Assembly (NCBI GenBank): GCA_903824735.1
Contig: CAIJXO010000109.1
Location: forward strand, 1 to 26,334
Reading direction: 5' to 3'
Origin: an uncultured bacterium
Lineage (GTDB): Bacteria; Patescibacteriota; Minisyncoccia; Phycocordibacterales; GWA1-40-21
DNA length: 26,334 nt
A model generated the notes under the pieces. The model worked only from the letters and a program-made list of their open reading frames with translations, did not search any database and was not told the origin of the DNA. The first letter of the stretch is position 1, and each line of letters opens with the position of its first letter. Of the stretch, positions 1 to 8,700 are shown one piece after another. The translations under genes and the position numbers were made by a program.

Positions 1-2
1 TA

Positions 3-86
3 CTGAATAACAAATACAGAAAAACACTACGATATCGTAGTGCCAATGAAGTCGCGAGAGAGTATGGTATACTTAGTAGTAATTAG
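3..86 (+). mobile_element. IS30-family transposase, C-terminal fragment (5'-truncated by window edge)
   Basis: Frame 3 reads LNNKYRKTLRYRSANEVAREYGILSSN* (TAG 84-86), matching the IS30 C-terminal LNNRPRK.LGY..P.EV motif. An inverted repeat follows immediately. Not in the ORF track. Confidence 0.8.
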
Positions 87-91
87 TAGTT

Positions 92-118
92 GAGTTGCAT
101 TTCACCCCAAGATTTACA
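92..118 (+). mobile_element. IS30-family right terminal inverted repeat (IRR)
   Basis: GAGTTGCATTTCACCCCAAGATTTACA. Its reverse complement matches 26195-26221 at 21/27 positions, including a perfect TGAAATGCAACTC, and has TG...CA termini. Confidence 0.8.
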
Positions 119-282
119 TCAAGACAACCCCAGGTGAACAAATGTGGTGCAAGGTGGTCACCGCTCTTGGATTCATGCTTTTCGTCTGTGCTTGGTGGGC
201 GATGCTGTATCCAGCCCGAGGTGATCACAGGATATCACGTAACGACGGACACCCTGGCTCGTCAGCCGGAGACCCGCCCTAG
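119..282 (+). pseudogene. Short ORF or 3' remnant of a small membrane-protein gene abutting the IS30 end
   Basis: Open frame from the IS junction: KTTPGEQMWCKVVTALGFMLFVCAWWAMLYPARGDHRISRNDGHPGSSAGDPP* (TAG 280-282), with one hydrophobic segment and a strong hairpin downstream. Confidence 0.35.
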
Positions 283-300
283 TTGGCGCAGTCTTCGAGA

Positions 301-331
301 AATCCCCGGTTCGCGCAAGCGGCCGGGGATT
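301..331. terminator. GC-rich hairpin, probable (bidirectional) terminator
   Basis: AATCCCCGG-TT-CGC-GCAA-GCG-G-CCGGGGATT with a GNRA loop, lying between convergent ORFs. Confidence 0.6.
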
Positions 332-348
332 CTTCACGTCTACTCCGC

Positions 349-1083
349 CTATTTGGCGGGCAGGTTTTCCAAAAACAAAAAATATTCTTTATTACCCGAG
401 CCACCTAAAATAGGGGAATCGATTTCCGCTAGGACTTTTAAATCTATTTTCTCACAAAACTTTTTTACTTTTTCCAAAGCCTCTCTTTGTTCCGCTTCGG
501 TCTTGACTACACCACTTTTGTTTTTAGCTTTTTGGTCAGTTTCAAATTGCGGTTTGACCAGGGCAATTACTTGGCTCGATTTTTTAATTAAGCTTTTTAC
601 TTTTTCTAAAATCAATTCAAGGGAGATAAAGGAGACGTCAATCACAGCCAAATCTATTTCCTCTGGCATTTCTTCAATATCACGAATATCTGTTTTTTCT
701 AGGGACACAACTTTGGGATCAGCTTTCAGTTTAGCGACGAGCTGATCAGTGCCGACATCGACAGCGTAGATTTTTCTCGCACCTTGTCGAAGTAGGCATT
801 CGGTAAAGCCCCCAGTCGAAGCACCGACATCGAGTACCACCAAATCTTTAACGTTGACTTTGAATTCAGCCAAAGCTTTTTCGAGTTTAAGACCACCCCG
901 ACCGACATAAGGGACTTCGTCGCCAATTATTTCCACCAGAGCCGTTTCTTCGATTTTTTCGGAATTTTTCAGGATTAGCTTGCCATCAGCCTGAATCCGG
1001 CCAGCTTTAATCAATTCTGAAGCCATATTTCGGCTAGTGGTTAGGCCTTTTTCAAAAATCAGACTATCGATACGTTTTTTCAT
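349..1083 (-). CDS. tlyA: TlyA-family rRNA 2'-O-methyltransferase (S4 domain + FtsJ-like MTase)
   Basis: N-terminal S4-like KRIDSL..SRNMASELIKAGRI; YVGRGGLKL, LDVGASTGGFT, VDVG, IDVSFIS, LVKPQFE and GNKEY (K-D-K-E tetrad). Confidence 0.93.
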   Translation of the reverse strand: MKKRIDSLIFEKGLTTSRNMASELIKAGRIQADGKLILKNSEKIEETALVEIIGDEVPYVGRGGLKLEKALAEFKVNVKDLVVLDVGASTGGFTECLLRQGARKIYAVDVGTDQLVAKLKADPKVVSLEKTDIRDIEEMPEEIDLAVIDVSFISLELILEKVKSLIKKSSQVIALVKPQFETDQKAKNKSGVVKTEAEQREALEKVKKFCEKIDLKVLAEIDSPILGGSGNKEYFLFLENLPAK

Positions 1084-1089
1084 CTCGCT

Positions 1090-1098
1090 ATTGTAGCA
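1090..1098 (-). promoter_or_regulatory. Extended -10 promoter for tlyA (leaderless spacing)
   Basis: Minus strand TG-C-TACAAT, 6 nt before the ATG at 1083. Confidence 0.55.
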
Positions 1099-1110
1099 TT
1101 TCTTTCTCTT

Positions 1111-1143
1111 CCCCTCCTTGGTTAAGGAGGGGCTAGGGGCGGT
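1111..1143. repeat. Short palindromic dispersed repeat (CCCCTCCTT-N4-AAGGAGGGG type)
   Basis: Perfect 9-bp inverted repeat CCCCTCCTT-GGTT-AAGGAGGGG followed by a G-rich tail; a sibling copy lies at 25762-25810. Confidence 0.7.
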
Positions 1144-1166
1144 TGCATTGTGGATAACTTTAACCT

Positions 1167-1195
1167 TTGCATATTTATACAGGTGTTGATATAAT
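1167..1195 (+). promoter_or_regulatory. Sigma70-type promoter for the pilin/pil operon
   Basis: TTGCAT (1167-1172), 17-bp spacer, TG-A-TATAAT (extended -10, hexamer 1190-1195). Confidence 0.7.
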
Positions 1196-1239
1196 AGACT
1201 AAGCTTTATTAAAGGCTTTTAACAACTTAATAATTAAAT

Positions 1240-1758
1240 ATGTCTCTTACATTAAAAACAAAGTCCGCTAACTCGCAAAAGGGTTTTACCCTTTTGGAAA
1301 TCTTGTTGGTGGTGGCCATTATCTCTATTTTGGCCGGTATCGTCATCTTGGCGATTAACCCCACCAAACAGCTTGGTGATACACGAAACGCTCAGCGTCG
1401 TTCTGATGTGCTTACGATTTTAAACGGAGTTTATCAGTTCGCTTTGGATAATGATGGCGACCTACCTACGATTCCAGCCATAAGTACAAGCTGTGTGGCA
1501 GATGCAGATGCAGAGATCTGTCAAAATGATTCTACTGACTGTGAGGGTGGCAGTAATGTAGACTTATACACTGACCTTGTCGCTGGAGGGGCTGATGGGA
1601 CTGGCTCCAACTATCTTGTCAGTATCCCTCGCGATCCAGAGGTGGCAAGTTCTACATCGGACGGTACTGGTTATAGTATTGTCCAGCTCCTTAATGGCCG
1701 TGTTACTGTCTGTGCTCTTGCCCCGGACAACAATGCCGAGATTTCCGTCACACGTTAG
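1240..1758 (+). CDS. Type IV pilin, probably the major pilin
   Basis: Class III signal QKG|FTLLEILLVVAIISILAG with Glu5; RNAQRRSDV helix; YLVSIPRDP motif; first gene upstream of pilB. Confidence 0.9.
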   Translation: MSLTLKTKSANSQKGFTLLEILLVVAIISILAGIVILAINPTKQLGDTRNAQRRSDVLTILNGVYQFALDNDGDLPTIPAISTSCVADADAEICQNDSTDCEGGSNVDLYTDLVAGGADGTGSNYLVSIPRDPEVASSTSDGTGYSIVQLLNGRVTVCALAPDNNAEISVTR

Positions 1759-1814
1759 TTACTTCTTCTTGTTTTTTACCACGACCCCACTTCCGCTTGT
1801 TAATCACACAATAA

Positions 1815-3509
1815 ATGTCTTTAAGTTTTGAAAAATTAAAAGAAATATTAGTTGACGGCGGTCATGTCGATGAGAACAGCTTTAATAAAGCTGTTCTTGT
1901 TGCCAATAAAAAAGCCGACCCCATCGAGGTTTGTCTCGTTAAGGCCGATTATATTACTGATGAAAAACTTGGCGAAGTCGTGGGGAAGTTCTTCGGTGTT
2001 CCCTTTAAGGATCTGAAAGAAGAGAATATTCAGAATGATTTACTCGAGATGATTCCTGAAGTTGTCGCTCGTACTCAAGGCGCGATAATCTTTACAAAAG
2101 AAGCTGATGGCTATGGTCTCGCCACCTCCAATCCGACAAATTTTGAATTTATCAAGCATGTCGACCAGATTGCTGACGGCAAGCTAGTAGTTTATTATTC
2201 GACCCCGATTGGCATGACCGAGGCTTTCAAAGCTTACAAGAACAATATTTTTAAAAATGTCGTCGACCTAGTCGATGGTTACAAATTACATAAAAACGAG
2301 AACAATATTGTTCTTTTGGTAAATCAATTTTTGGAATACGCTTACGATAGTGGGGCATCAGACGTGCATATTGAGCCTCTGTCTGATAATCAAGTCTCGG
2401 TCCGTATGCGTGTGGATGGTATTTTGAGTGAAGTAGTTCGCTACCCACTGGATATTCACGAGAAGGTTGTCTTCCGCGTTAAAATCATGTCGCATTTGCG
2501 TACAGATATGAAAGACGCCACTCAGGACGGCCGTTTTGAATACAAAACTGACGGTATGCAGTTTGATGTCCGTGTCTCTATTTTGCCGGTGACGAACGGT
2601 GAGAACTTGGTGTTCCGTGTTCTTTCTGAAAGGACAAAGAAAGTCGTGCTCGAAGATTTGGGCTTGAATGACTTTGACTTGGCGAAAGTAAAACGCGCCA
2701 TTCTTCAGCCTTACGGTATGATTCTCGTGGTGGGTCCGACTGGTGCTGGTAAAACCAATACTCTATATTCTTTGATTCAAATTCTCGCGGCTCAGCCGAT
2801 AAATATTGTGACGATCGAGGATCCAGTAGAATACAGTATTTCTCGCGTTCAGCAGATTCAAGTCAACGTCAAGAAAAATATTACTTTCGCTAACGGCCTT
2901 CGCTCCATCGTTCGTCAGGACCCCGATGTGATCATGGTGGGAGAAATCCGCGATAATGAAACCGCTTCGATTGCCGTGAACGCGGCGATGACCGGACACC
3001 TTTTGTTCTCGACTTTGCACTCAAACGATGCCGCCACAATTTTCCCGCGTTTGCTTGAGATGGGTATCGAGCCTTTCTTGGTTGCTTCCTCGATCAACAT
3101 TGTCATGGCTCAGCGCCTGGTGCGAAAGATTTGTCCACATTGTCAGGTAAATTATCCGAAGACGGCCGCTGATGTGCCGGAGATAGTAGCTCTTGAGAAA
3201 AACCCAAGCTTTACAAACATGATGAAGAAGTTTTTCCCAGGTAAGAAACTTTCGGATATTAAATTGTTTAAGGGAACTGGTTGTAAAACCTGTAAGCATA
3301 GCGGTTACCTCGGTCGTCTTGCCGTCTTTGAAGTGATGGAGGTAAACGACAGCATTCGTTCACTGATTAGTGTCAAATCATCATCTTCTTCGATTGAAAA
3401 TAAGGCCGAAGAGAATGGCATGACTCCGATGTTTTTCAACGGTCTTGTGCACTTATTTAGTGGACGGACTACTATGGAAGAACTCGAGGGTTTGTCTAAT
3501 GTCGACTAA
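1815..3509 (+). CDS. pilB: Type IV pilus assembly ATPase (PilB/GspE family)
   Basis: ASDVHIEP, RMRVDGIL, QDGRF, Walker A GPTGAGKT, TIEDPVEY, RQDPDVIMVGEIRD, TGHLLFSTLH, and Zn motifs CPHC...GCKTC..GYLGR. Confidence 0.93.
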   Translation: MSLSFEKLKEILVDGGHVDENSFNKAVLVANKKADPIEVCLVKADYITDEKLGEVVGKFFGVPFKDLKEENIQNDLLEMIPEVVARTQGAIIFTKEADGYGLATSNPTNFEFIKHVDQIADGKLVVYYSTPIGMTEAFKAYKNNIFKNVVDLVDGYKLHKNENNIVLLVNQFLEYAYDSGASDVHIEPLSDNQVSVRMRVDGILSEVVRYPLDIHEKVVFRVKIMSHLRTDMKDATQDGRFEYKTDGMQFDVRVSILPVTNGENLVFRVLSERTKKVVLEDLGLNDFDLAKVKRAILQPYGMILVVGPTGAGKTNTLYSLIQILAAQPINIVTIEDPVEYSISRVQQIQVNVKKNITFANGLRSIVRQDPDVIMVGEIRDNETASIAVNAAMTGHLLFSTLHSNDAATIFPRLLEMGIEPFLVASSINIVMAQRLVRKICPHCQVNYPKTAADVPEIVALEKNPSFTNMMKKFFPGKKLSDIKLFKGTGCKTCKHSGYLGRLAVFEVMEVNDSIRSLISVKSSSSSIENKAEENGMTPMFFNGLVHLFSGRTTMEELEGLSNVD

Positions 3510-3512
3510 ACT

Positions 3513-4565
3513 ATGTTATTTCGAAAAATCTCACAAGATGAGCAAATCAACTTCGCCAAGAATCTCTCCGTTTTACTCCGCGGTGGTGTTTCGATTAATG
3601 AAGCAATCGATTCATTAGCCAATCAGGCTAAGCCAGGTTTATTGCGCGACGTCTTGTTCCGTTTTAAAGCCCGTCTTGAAACTGGTACTTCTTTGGCATC
3701 AGCGATCAGTGAAGAGGGGGAGCTTTTTGGCAAAGTTTTCGTGAGCTTGGTCCAAGCCGGAGAAATGTCTGGTGCTTTAGCGGACAATCTAGAATTCTTG
3801 TCAGTTTGGCTTGAGCGCGATAGTCGCTTACGAAAAGATATTAGTGGCGTTTTGCTTTACCCCAAGATTGTGCTTGCGGCGGTTGTCTTACTTGGTGGCG
3901 CTTTGACGATTTTTATCTTACCAAAATTGATCCCGATGTTTACTAGCCTTCATGTCAAATTACCGCTGATTACCGTTATTTTACTAAAGATTTCCGTCTT
4001 CAACCAGCAATATTGGCCAATGGTCCTGGCGGGTATCTTCTTAATCTGGATTGCCATTTACTTTATTTTCAAAGTCGAGAAAATGAAGTTCATCTATCAC
4101 CATGCTCTGGTGAACATGCCTTATGTCAAAGAATTTGTCATTGGCTATCAGCTCGCCCTATTCTCTCAGCTCATGGGTACACTTCTGCGTAGCGGTATTA
4201 CGATTGATGATGCGCTTGAAATCGCTTACGTCGGTACAGCTAATCTTTATTTCAGGAAAGCCTTACGTAATATTATTGATGGTGTCAGAAGAGGCGACTC
4301 GCTGGTGCTATCGATGAAAGAGTATCCAGAACTTTATCCAGTCAACTCGATGAGCGTGCTTGCCGTCGGTGAAAATAGCGGAACGCTTGAAGAATCTTTT
4401 TTCAAGGTCTCCGATTTTTGGACTAAAGACATTTTGGATAAAACAAAAATGCTACCGACGATTATCGAGCCAGTCCTCCTTGTTATAATTGCTTTGGCCG
4501 TGGCCTTTATCGCTCTGTCGATTATTATGCCTATCTACAAACTGACAGGCGGCCTCGGTGTTTAG
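3513..4565 (+). CDS. pilC: Type IV pilus platform protein (PilC/GspF family)
   Basis: Two T2SSF-like repeats (LSVLLRGGVSINEAI; AGEMSGAL..NL; LYPKIVL; VGENSGTLE; IEPVLLVII..MPIYKL) with TM helices. Confidence 0.92.
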   Translation: MLFRKISQDEQINFAKNLSVLLRGGVSINEAIDSLANQAKPGLLRDVLFRFKARLETGTSLASAISEEGELFGKVFVSLVQAGEMSGALADNLEFLSVWLERDSRLRKDISGVLLYPKIVLAAVVLLGGALTIFILPKLIPMFTSLHVKLPLITVILLKISVFNQQYWPMVLAGIFLIWIAIYFIFKVEKMKFIYHHALVNMPYVKEFVIGYQLALFSQLMGTLLRSGITIDDALEIAYVGTANLYFRKALRNIIDGVRRGDSLVLSMKEYPELYPVNSMSVLAVGENSGTLEESFFKVSDFWTKDILDKTKMLPTIIEPVLLVIIALAVAFIALSIIMPIYKLTGGLGV

Positions 4566-4580
4566 TAATTTAAAATATTC

Positions 4581-5054
4581 ATGAATAAAGGTTTTACTTT
4601 AATTGAGCTTTTATTGGTCATCGCAATTATTGCTATTTTGTCTTATCTCGCAGTGCCGATTGGTATGAACTTTTATCGTTCACAAACCGTGGAAGGCGCA
4701 CGATCTCAACTCATTGAATCTTTAGGCCGCGCTCGTCGTAACGCCGTACTTATGAAAGCTGACAGTCAATATGGCGTCAAGATACTTTCAGCTGACGGCG
4801 AGCTTACAAGTTTCACCTTATATAAAGGCGAGGTATATGATAGTAGTCGGGATGAGACCTATGATGAAGTGTATGCCCAAGCTCCCAATATGACTATATC
4901 TTTTAGCGGTACAGATGAATTAGTATCTGGAGACATTAATTTTGCTAAACTAAGTGGAGCCACGGAAGCCATGGGAACTATTACTGTCACGCACGACGGG
5001 GGAGAAAGTCGAAGTATTATAATTGATGATTTTGGCAATGCTTATAAAGAATAA
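4581..5054 (+). CDS. Minor pilin (FimT/GspH-like)
   Basis: NKG|FTLIELLLVIAIIAIL; ARRNAV; YGVKI; INFAKLSG...ITV...IIIDDFG pattern. Confidence 0.85.
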   Translation: MNKGFTLIELLLVIAIIAILSYLAVPIGMNFYRSQTVEGARSQLIESLGRARRNAVLMKADSQYGVKILSADGELTSFTLYKGEVYDSSRDETYDEVYAQAPNMTISFSGTDELVSGDINFAKLSGATEAMGTITVTHDGGESRSIIIDDFGNAYKE

Positions 5055-5481
5055 AAAACAGGGCTTTAGTTTACTCGAATTGTTACTTACAATTGCGATT
5101 TTTTCCGTGGTTTCCATGGGCGCCGGCTATCTGATTATCGACGCGACAGTGACGACAGATGTTAATACCAAAAAGATCTCCGCTACGCTCTTGGCCAAAG
5201 AGGGGCTCGAGGCCGCTCGTTCTATTAGGGACGACCAAGGCTTTGACCATCTCGACATTGGGAGTGATAACGGGGTCGTGTTTGATGAGACAGATAATAT
5301 CTGGGGATTTAATGGTGATTCGTCCGACACGTCTGTGGATAATCTATATACAAGGGTTGTCAGTGTCGATAGTGTGTCAGGCCTAGGTTATATCAAGAAA
5401 ATTACGAGTACGGTCACCGCCGTGAGTGGCCTGAGAAACATTTCGGTTACTTTAGTAACTTATCTGACTGATTGGCGATAG
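5038..5481 (+). CDS. Minor pilin (PilV-like)
   Basis: KQG|FSLLELLLTIAIFSVV; ATLLAKEGLEAARSIRD; YTRVVSV...KKITSTVT...VTLVTYLTDWR. ATG 5038 is preferred over TTG 5023. Confidence 0.85.
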   Translation: MLIKNKKQGFSLLELLLTIAIFSVVSMGAGYLIIDATVTTDVNTKKISATLLAKEGLEAARSIRDDQGFDHLDIGSDNGVVFDETDNIWGFNGDSSDTSVDNLYTRVVSVDSVSGLGYIKKITSTVTAVSGLRNISVTLVTYLTDWR

Positions 5482-5498
5482 GATTTCCATCTTTTTTT

Positions 5499-5507
5499 TG
5501 GTATAAT
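5499..5507 (+). promoter_or_regulatory. Internal extended -10 promoter upstream of the short pilin
   Basis: TG-G-TATAAT, 7 nt before ATG 5515. Confidence 0.55.
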
Positions 5508-5514
5508 ATCTGTA

Positions 5515-5724
5515 ATGCCGATGCAAAAGGGATTTACATTATTTGAGGTTCTGATATATGTCGCTATTTTGTCTGTGATCTTATATTTTGTCGGTGGTTT
5601 TGCTTACAATATATATATGGGTAAAGATAAGATCGAAGCGATTCAAAAGGTAAATGAAAACGGGCGTTTTATGCTCGACACGATAAGCGACTATGTTGAA
5701 AAAGCAACTGAAATTAATATCTAA
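5515..5724 (+). CDS. Truncated minor pilin (PilW-like), N-terminal alpha1 helix only, 69 aa
   Basis: QKG|FTLFEVLIYVAILSVIL...IEAIQKVNENGRFMLDTISDYVEKATEINI*. It stops where the globular domain should begin. Confidence 0.82.
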   Translation: MPMQKGFTLFEVLIYVAILSVILYFVGGFAYNIYMGKDKIEAIQKVNENGRFMLDTISDYVEKATEINI

Positions 5725-5728
5725 AAAG

Positions 5729-8700
5729 ATGTTTTTTAAAAAAGGATTAAAATTATTTATTCTTGGAGCGGGAATCTTTTTACTGTTTTTACTTTCGTCT
5801 TACGGTACAGCCTCAGCCGCTACATATTACTGGGTTGGTAATTCTGATAACAGCGGAGTCACGAGTGTAAATACTAACTGGAATACCAGTGCCGTGGCCT
5901 GTGGTACAACTGGAAACAAAATTGCCGCCTTCACCACTTCAGATATTTTAAATTTTACCTCTACCTGTACCAGTAATGCGGCGATTGATGCAAACTTATC
6001 TATCGCTACTTTTACGATGTCGGCTGGCTATTCAGGCGCCGTTACCCAAAATGCTGGCATCACTCTGACAGCCTCTACTGCCTTTTCACAAGCCGCGGGG
6101 ACTTTTAATGGCAGTGCGGCAGCTATTTCTTTAGGATCCTTTACTCAAACTGGCGGGACTTTTAACTCTACCTCGGGGACATTGACTATTACCCGAGATG
6201 GAACAGTTTGGACTCATGTGTCTGGTCAGGGAACTTTTGTGCCTGGTTCTGGAACTGTATCATTTGGTAATGGTACAGGTGCCGTGAACCCGACGATCAA
6301 TGCGACTGGAGAGACTTTTTATAACTTAACGCTAAATGAGTTAACAAATATTAACTTCTTGACCGTAACCGGAACTATTACAGTTAACGGTACTTTACTA
6401 AACACAAAAGGATATATCAAGACTGGAACAGTTAATGCTAAAGGTCCAGTGACATTTGCTTCGGCGTGTGGAGGGGTAGTTGCTTCAGCCTCAATTGTTG
6501 CTAATGGTACAACAGCTGCCCAGGTTGTTACATTTGGGGGTGGGACGTCCTGGGTTCCAAATATTACTATTAACAACGCTTCTGCCACCGTCGTCTATAA
6601 CGGCACTACCACTTTTGCTTCTTTAACTTTAACTGCGTTTTCTGGGACTTTTGATCTTGGTGTATATCCATTAACCATGAGTGGTACTGGCGCTTTTTCA
6701 CAAGCTGGGGGGACTTTTAATGGAGGAACCGCGACTATGACAGTAGGATCTTTTACTTTAACGGGTGGAACTTTCAATTCAACTTCTGGGACATTAGCCA
6801 TTGGATCAAATGGTACAAACTTTACACATGTGGCAGGTCAGGGTACTTTTAATCCCGGATCGGGAACAGTCTCTTTTACGGGTGGTGCCTTCAATAACAT
6901 AATTAATGCTACGGGGGAAACTTTCAATAATTTAACCGTTAACCTGTCAAGTACCAACAATACTGTTACTGTCACTGGTACTATCACAGTAAATGGAACC
7001 CTTACTTATTTGAGAGGCTTAATTACAAGTGGTATTGTCCAAGCCAAGGGCCCAGTCGTTTTTACTTCTGGGGCGAGTGTGGTTGGAACCGCGACACTTT
7101 TAGTCAACGGTTCCGGGGCTCAATCTGTCACTTTTGGGGCTGGTTCTTTTGTGGGGAAGCTTACCATTAATAATGCTTCTGCCACCGTGGTCTATAATGG
7201 TGCTTCCACTCTCGCCTCATTAGATATTGCCAACGGTACATTTGCCTTGGGTGGAAATAATATAACCGTCGCTTCAAATTTTATTGTGGGACCATCGGGA
7301 AATTTTAAACGCTATGGTAATGAGACAATTACTACTACGCCCCCAAGTTTTAGTGCCGGCTCAACGGCGACTTACAATGGAACAGCCGCTTCTTATACTT
7401 TACCGAATTATACTTATACTAATGCTCATGTAATCATCGACGCACCTTCGGCCGATACGGTCTATAATTTGGCTGCCAATTTATCCTCGACAGATCTCAC
7501 TGTTGCCTCTGGGGTTTTGAACCAGCGTAGCTACTCAATTACAAATAGTGATACTATCACCATCGCTTCCACGGGTTCATGGATGGGCACTTCGACCGGT
7601 GCTGTTACGATTGGTACGGGGGGCGTCTCAAATGCCGGTAGCATAAGTCTTATCTCACCAACTTCCATTTTAATCCGCTCGACGGTGACAGGAGCACAGC
7701 GACCTTGGGTCGGTCTCGGTTATTATGGTATGACCGGTGTCGATGTAAAAGATCAAGGTGGTACTTCACCAATTACGGTCTACGGCGGTATTCATAGTGG
7801 TAATAATGATGTGAATTGGTATTTTTCTGATATACCGACTTCACCAGATCGAATCTGGAAAGGGCAAACCTCTGCTCTATGGAGTGTGGCGAGCAATTGG
7901 TTTGAGGGATCCGTGCCGGCAAGTACTAGTAATGCTATTTTCTCAGCCTCATATAAGAATCCAGCCACATTTGATGCGAATGCGACAAGCCCGGCCAATG
8001 TTATAATTAATTCTGGGTATACTTCGACGGTGACCTTAGCCAAGAACATGTCTTTGACAGCCTTTACTCAGAGGGCGGGGACTTTTAATGCAAGTAGTTA
8101 TAATTTTACAACGACTGGAAATCTCTCACAAACTGCGGGTACTTTTAGTGGTGGTTCTGGGGTCATTGATATTGGCGGAAACCTTACTGTCTCGGGTGGA
8201 ACTTTTACTCCTTCAACTGCGACCACTTCTGTATTTGGTAACTTTGATTCGACTGGCGGTACGATAAGTGCTAGTGCTGGTACTATAGACTTTGATGGTG
8301 GAAGTCAGACTATTACTGGTACTACTACTTTTTACAGTTTAAATAAAGTCGTTTCTTCCGCCGCAAACTTGATATTTGGCGCTGGGCAGACTTTCACGGT
8401 GATGGGCACCACTACGCTTCATGGTTCATCGGGACAGCTTTTGACTATCAAATCTTCTTCGACTCCGGCCCAATGGATGTTTGACCCGCAGGGCGGTCTA
8501 GACTTGGCCTATGTCACAGTCAAGGATTCTAATAACATTAGTTCATCCACCACTGGATTATATCCGACAATCAGTGCAAATAACTATGTTGGTATAACTG
8601 ATGGCACTAACAATACTAACTGGACTTTTACTTTGCCGACCATCACTATTTCGGCCACAGGAACACAGGCCACCTCGACCCCACTGCCCGCTTCAACATA

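Noticed and set aside
95-745. 216-aa plus-strand ORF
   Set aside because: Shadow of tlyA on the opposite strand; it starts within the IS IRR and has no recognisable motifs.
5690-5735. Programmed frameshift fusing the short pilin to the adhesin
   Set aside because: It would need a +1 shift; the A-runs are not a canonical slippery site in the pilin frame, and the adhesin has its own ATG and signal peptide. Not fully excluded without reads or proteomics.
6080-8400. CRISPR array or DGR template/variable repeats
   Set aside because: The repeats are in-frame, diverged protein repeats without spacers or adenine-specific differences; no cas or reverse transcriptase gene is present.
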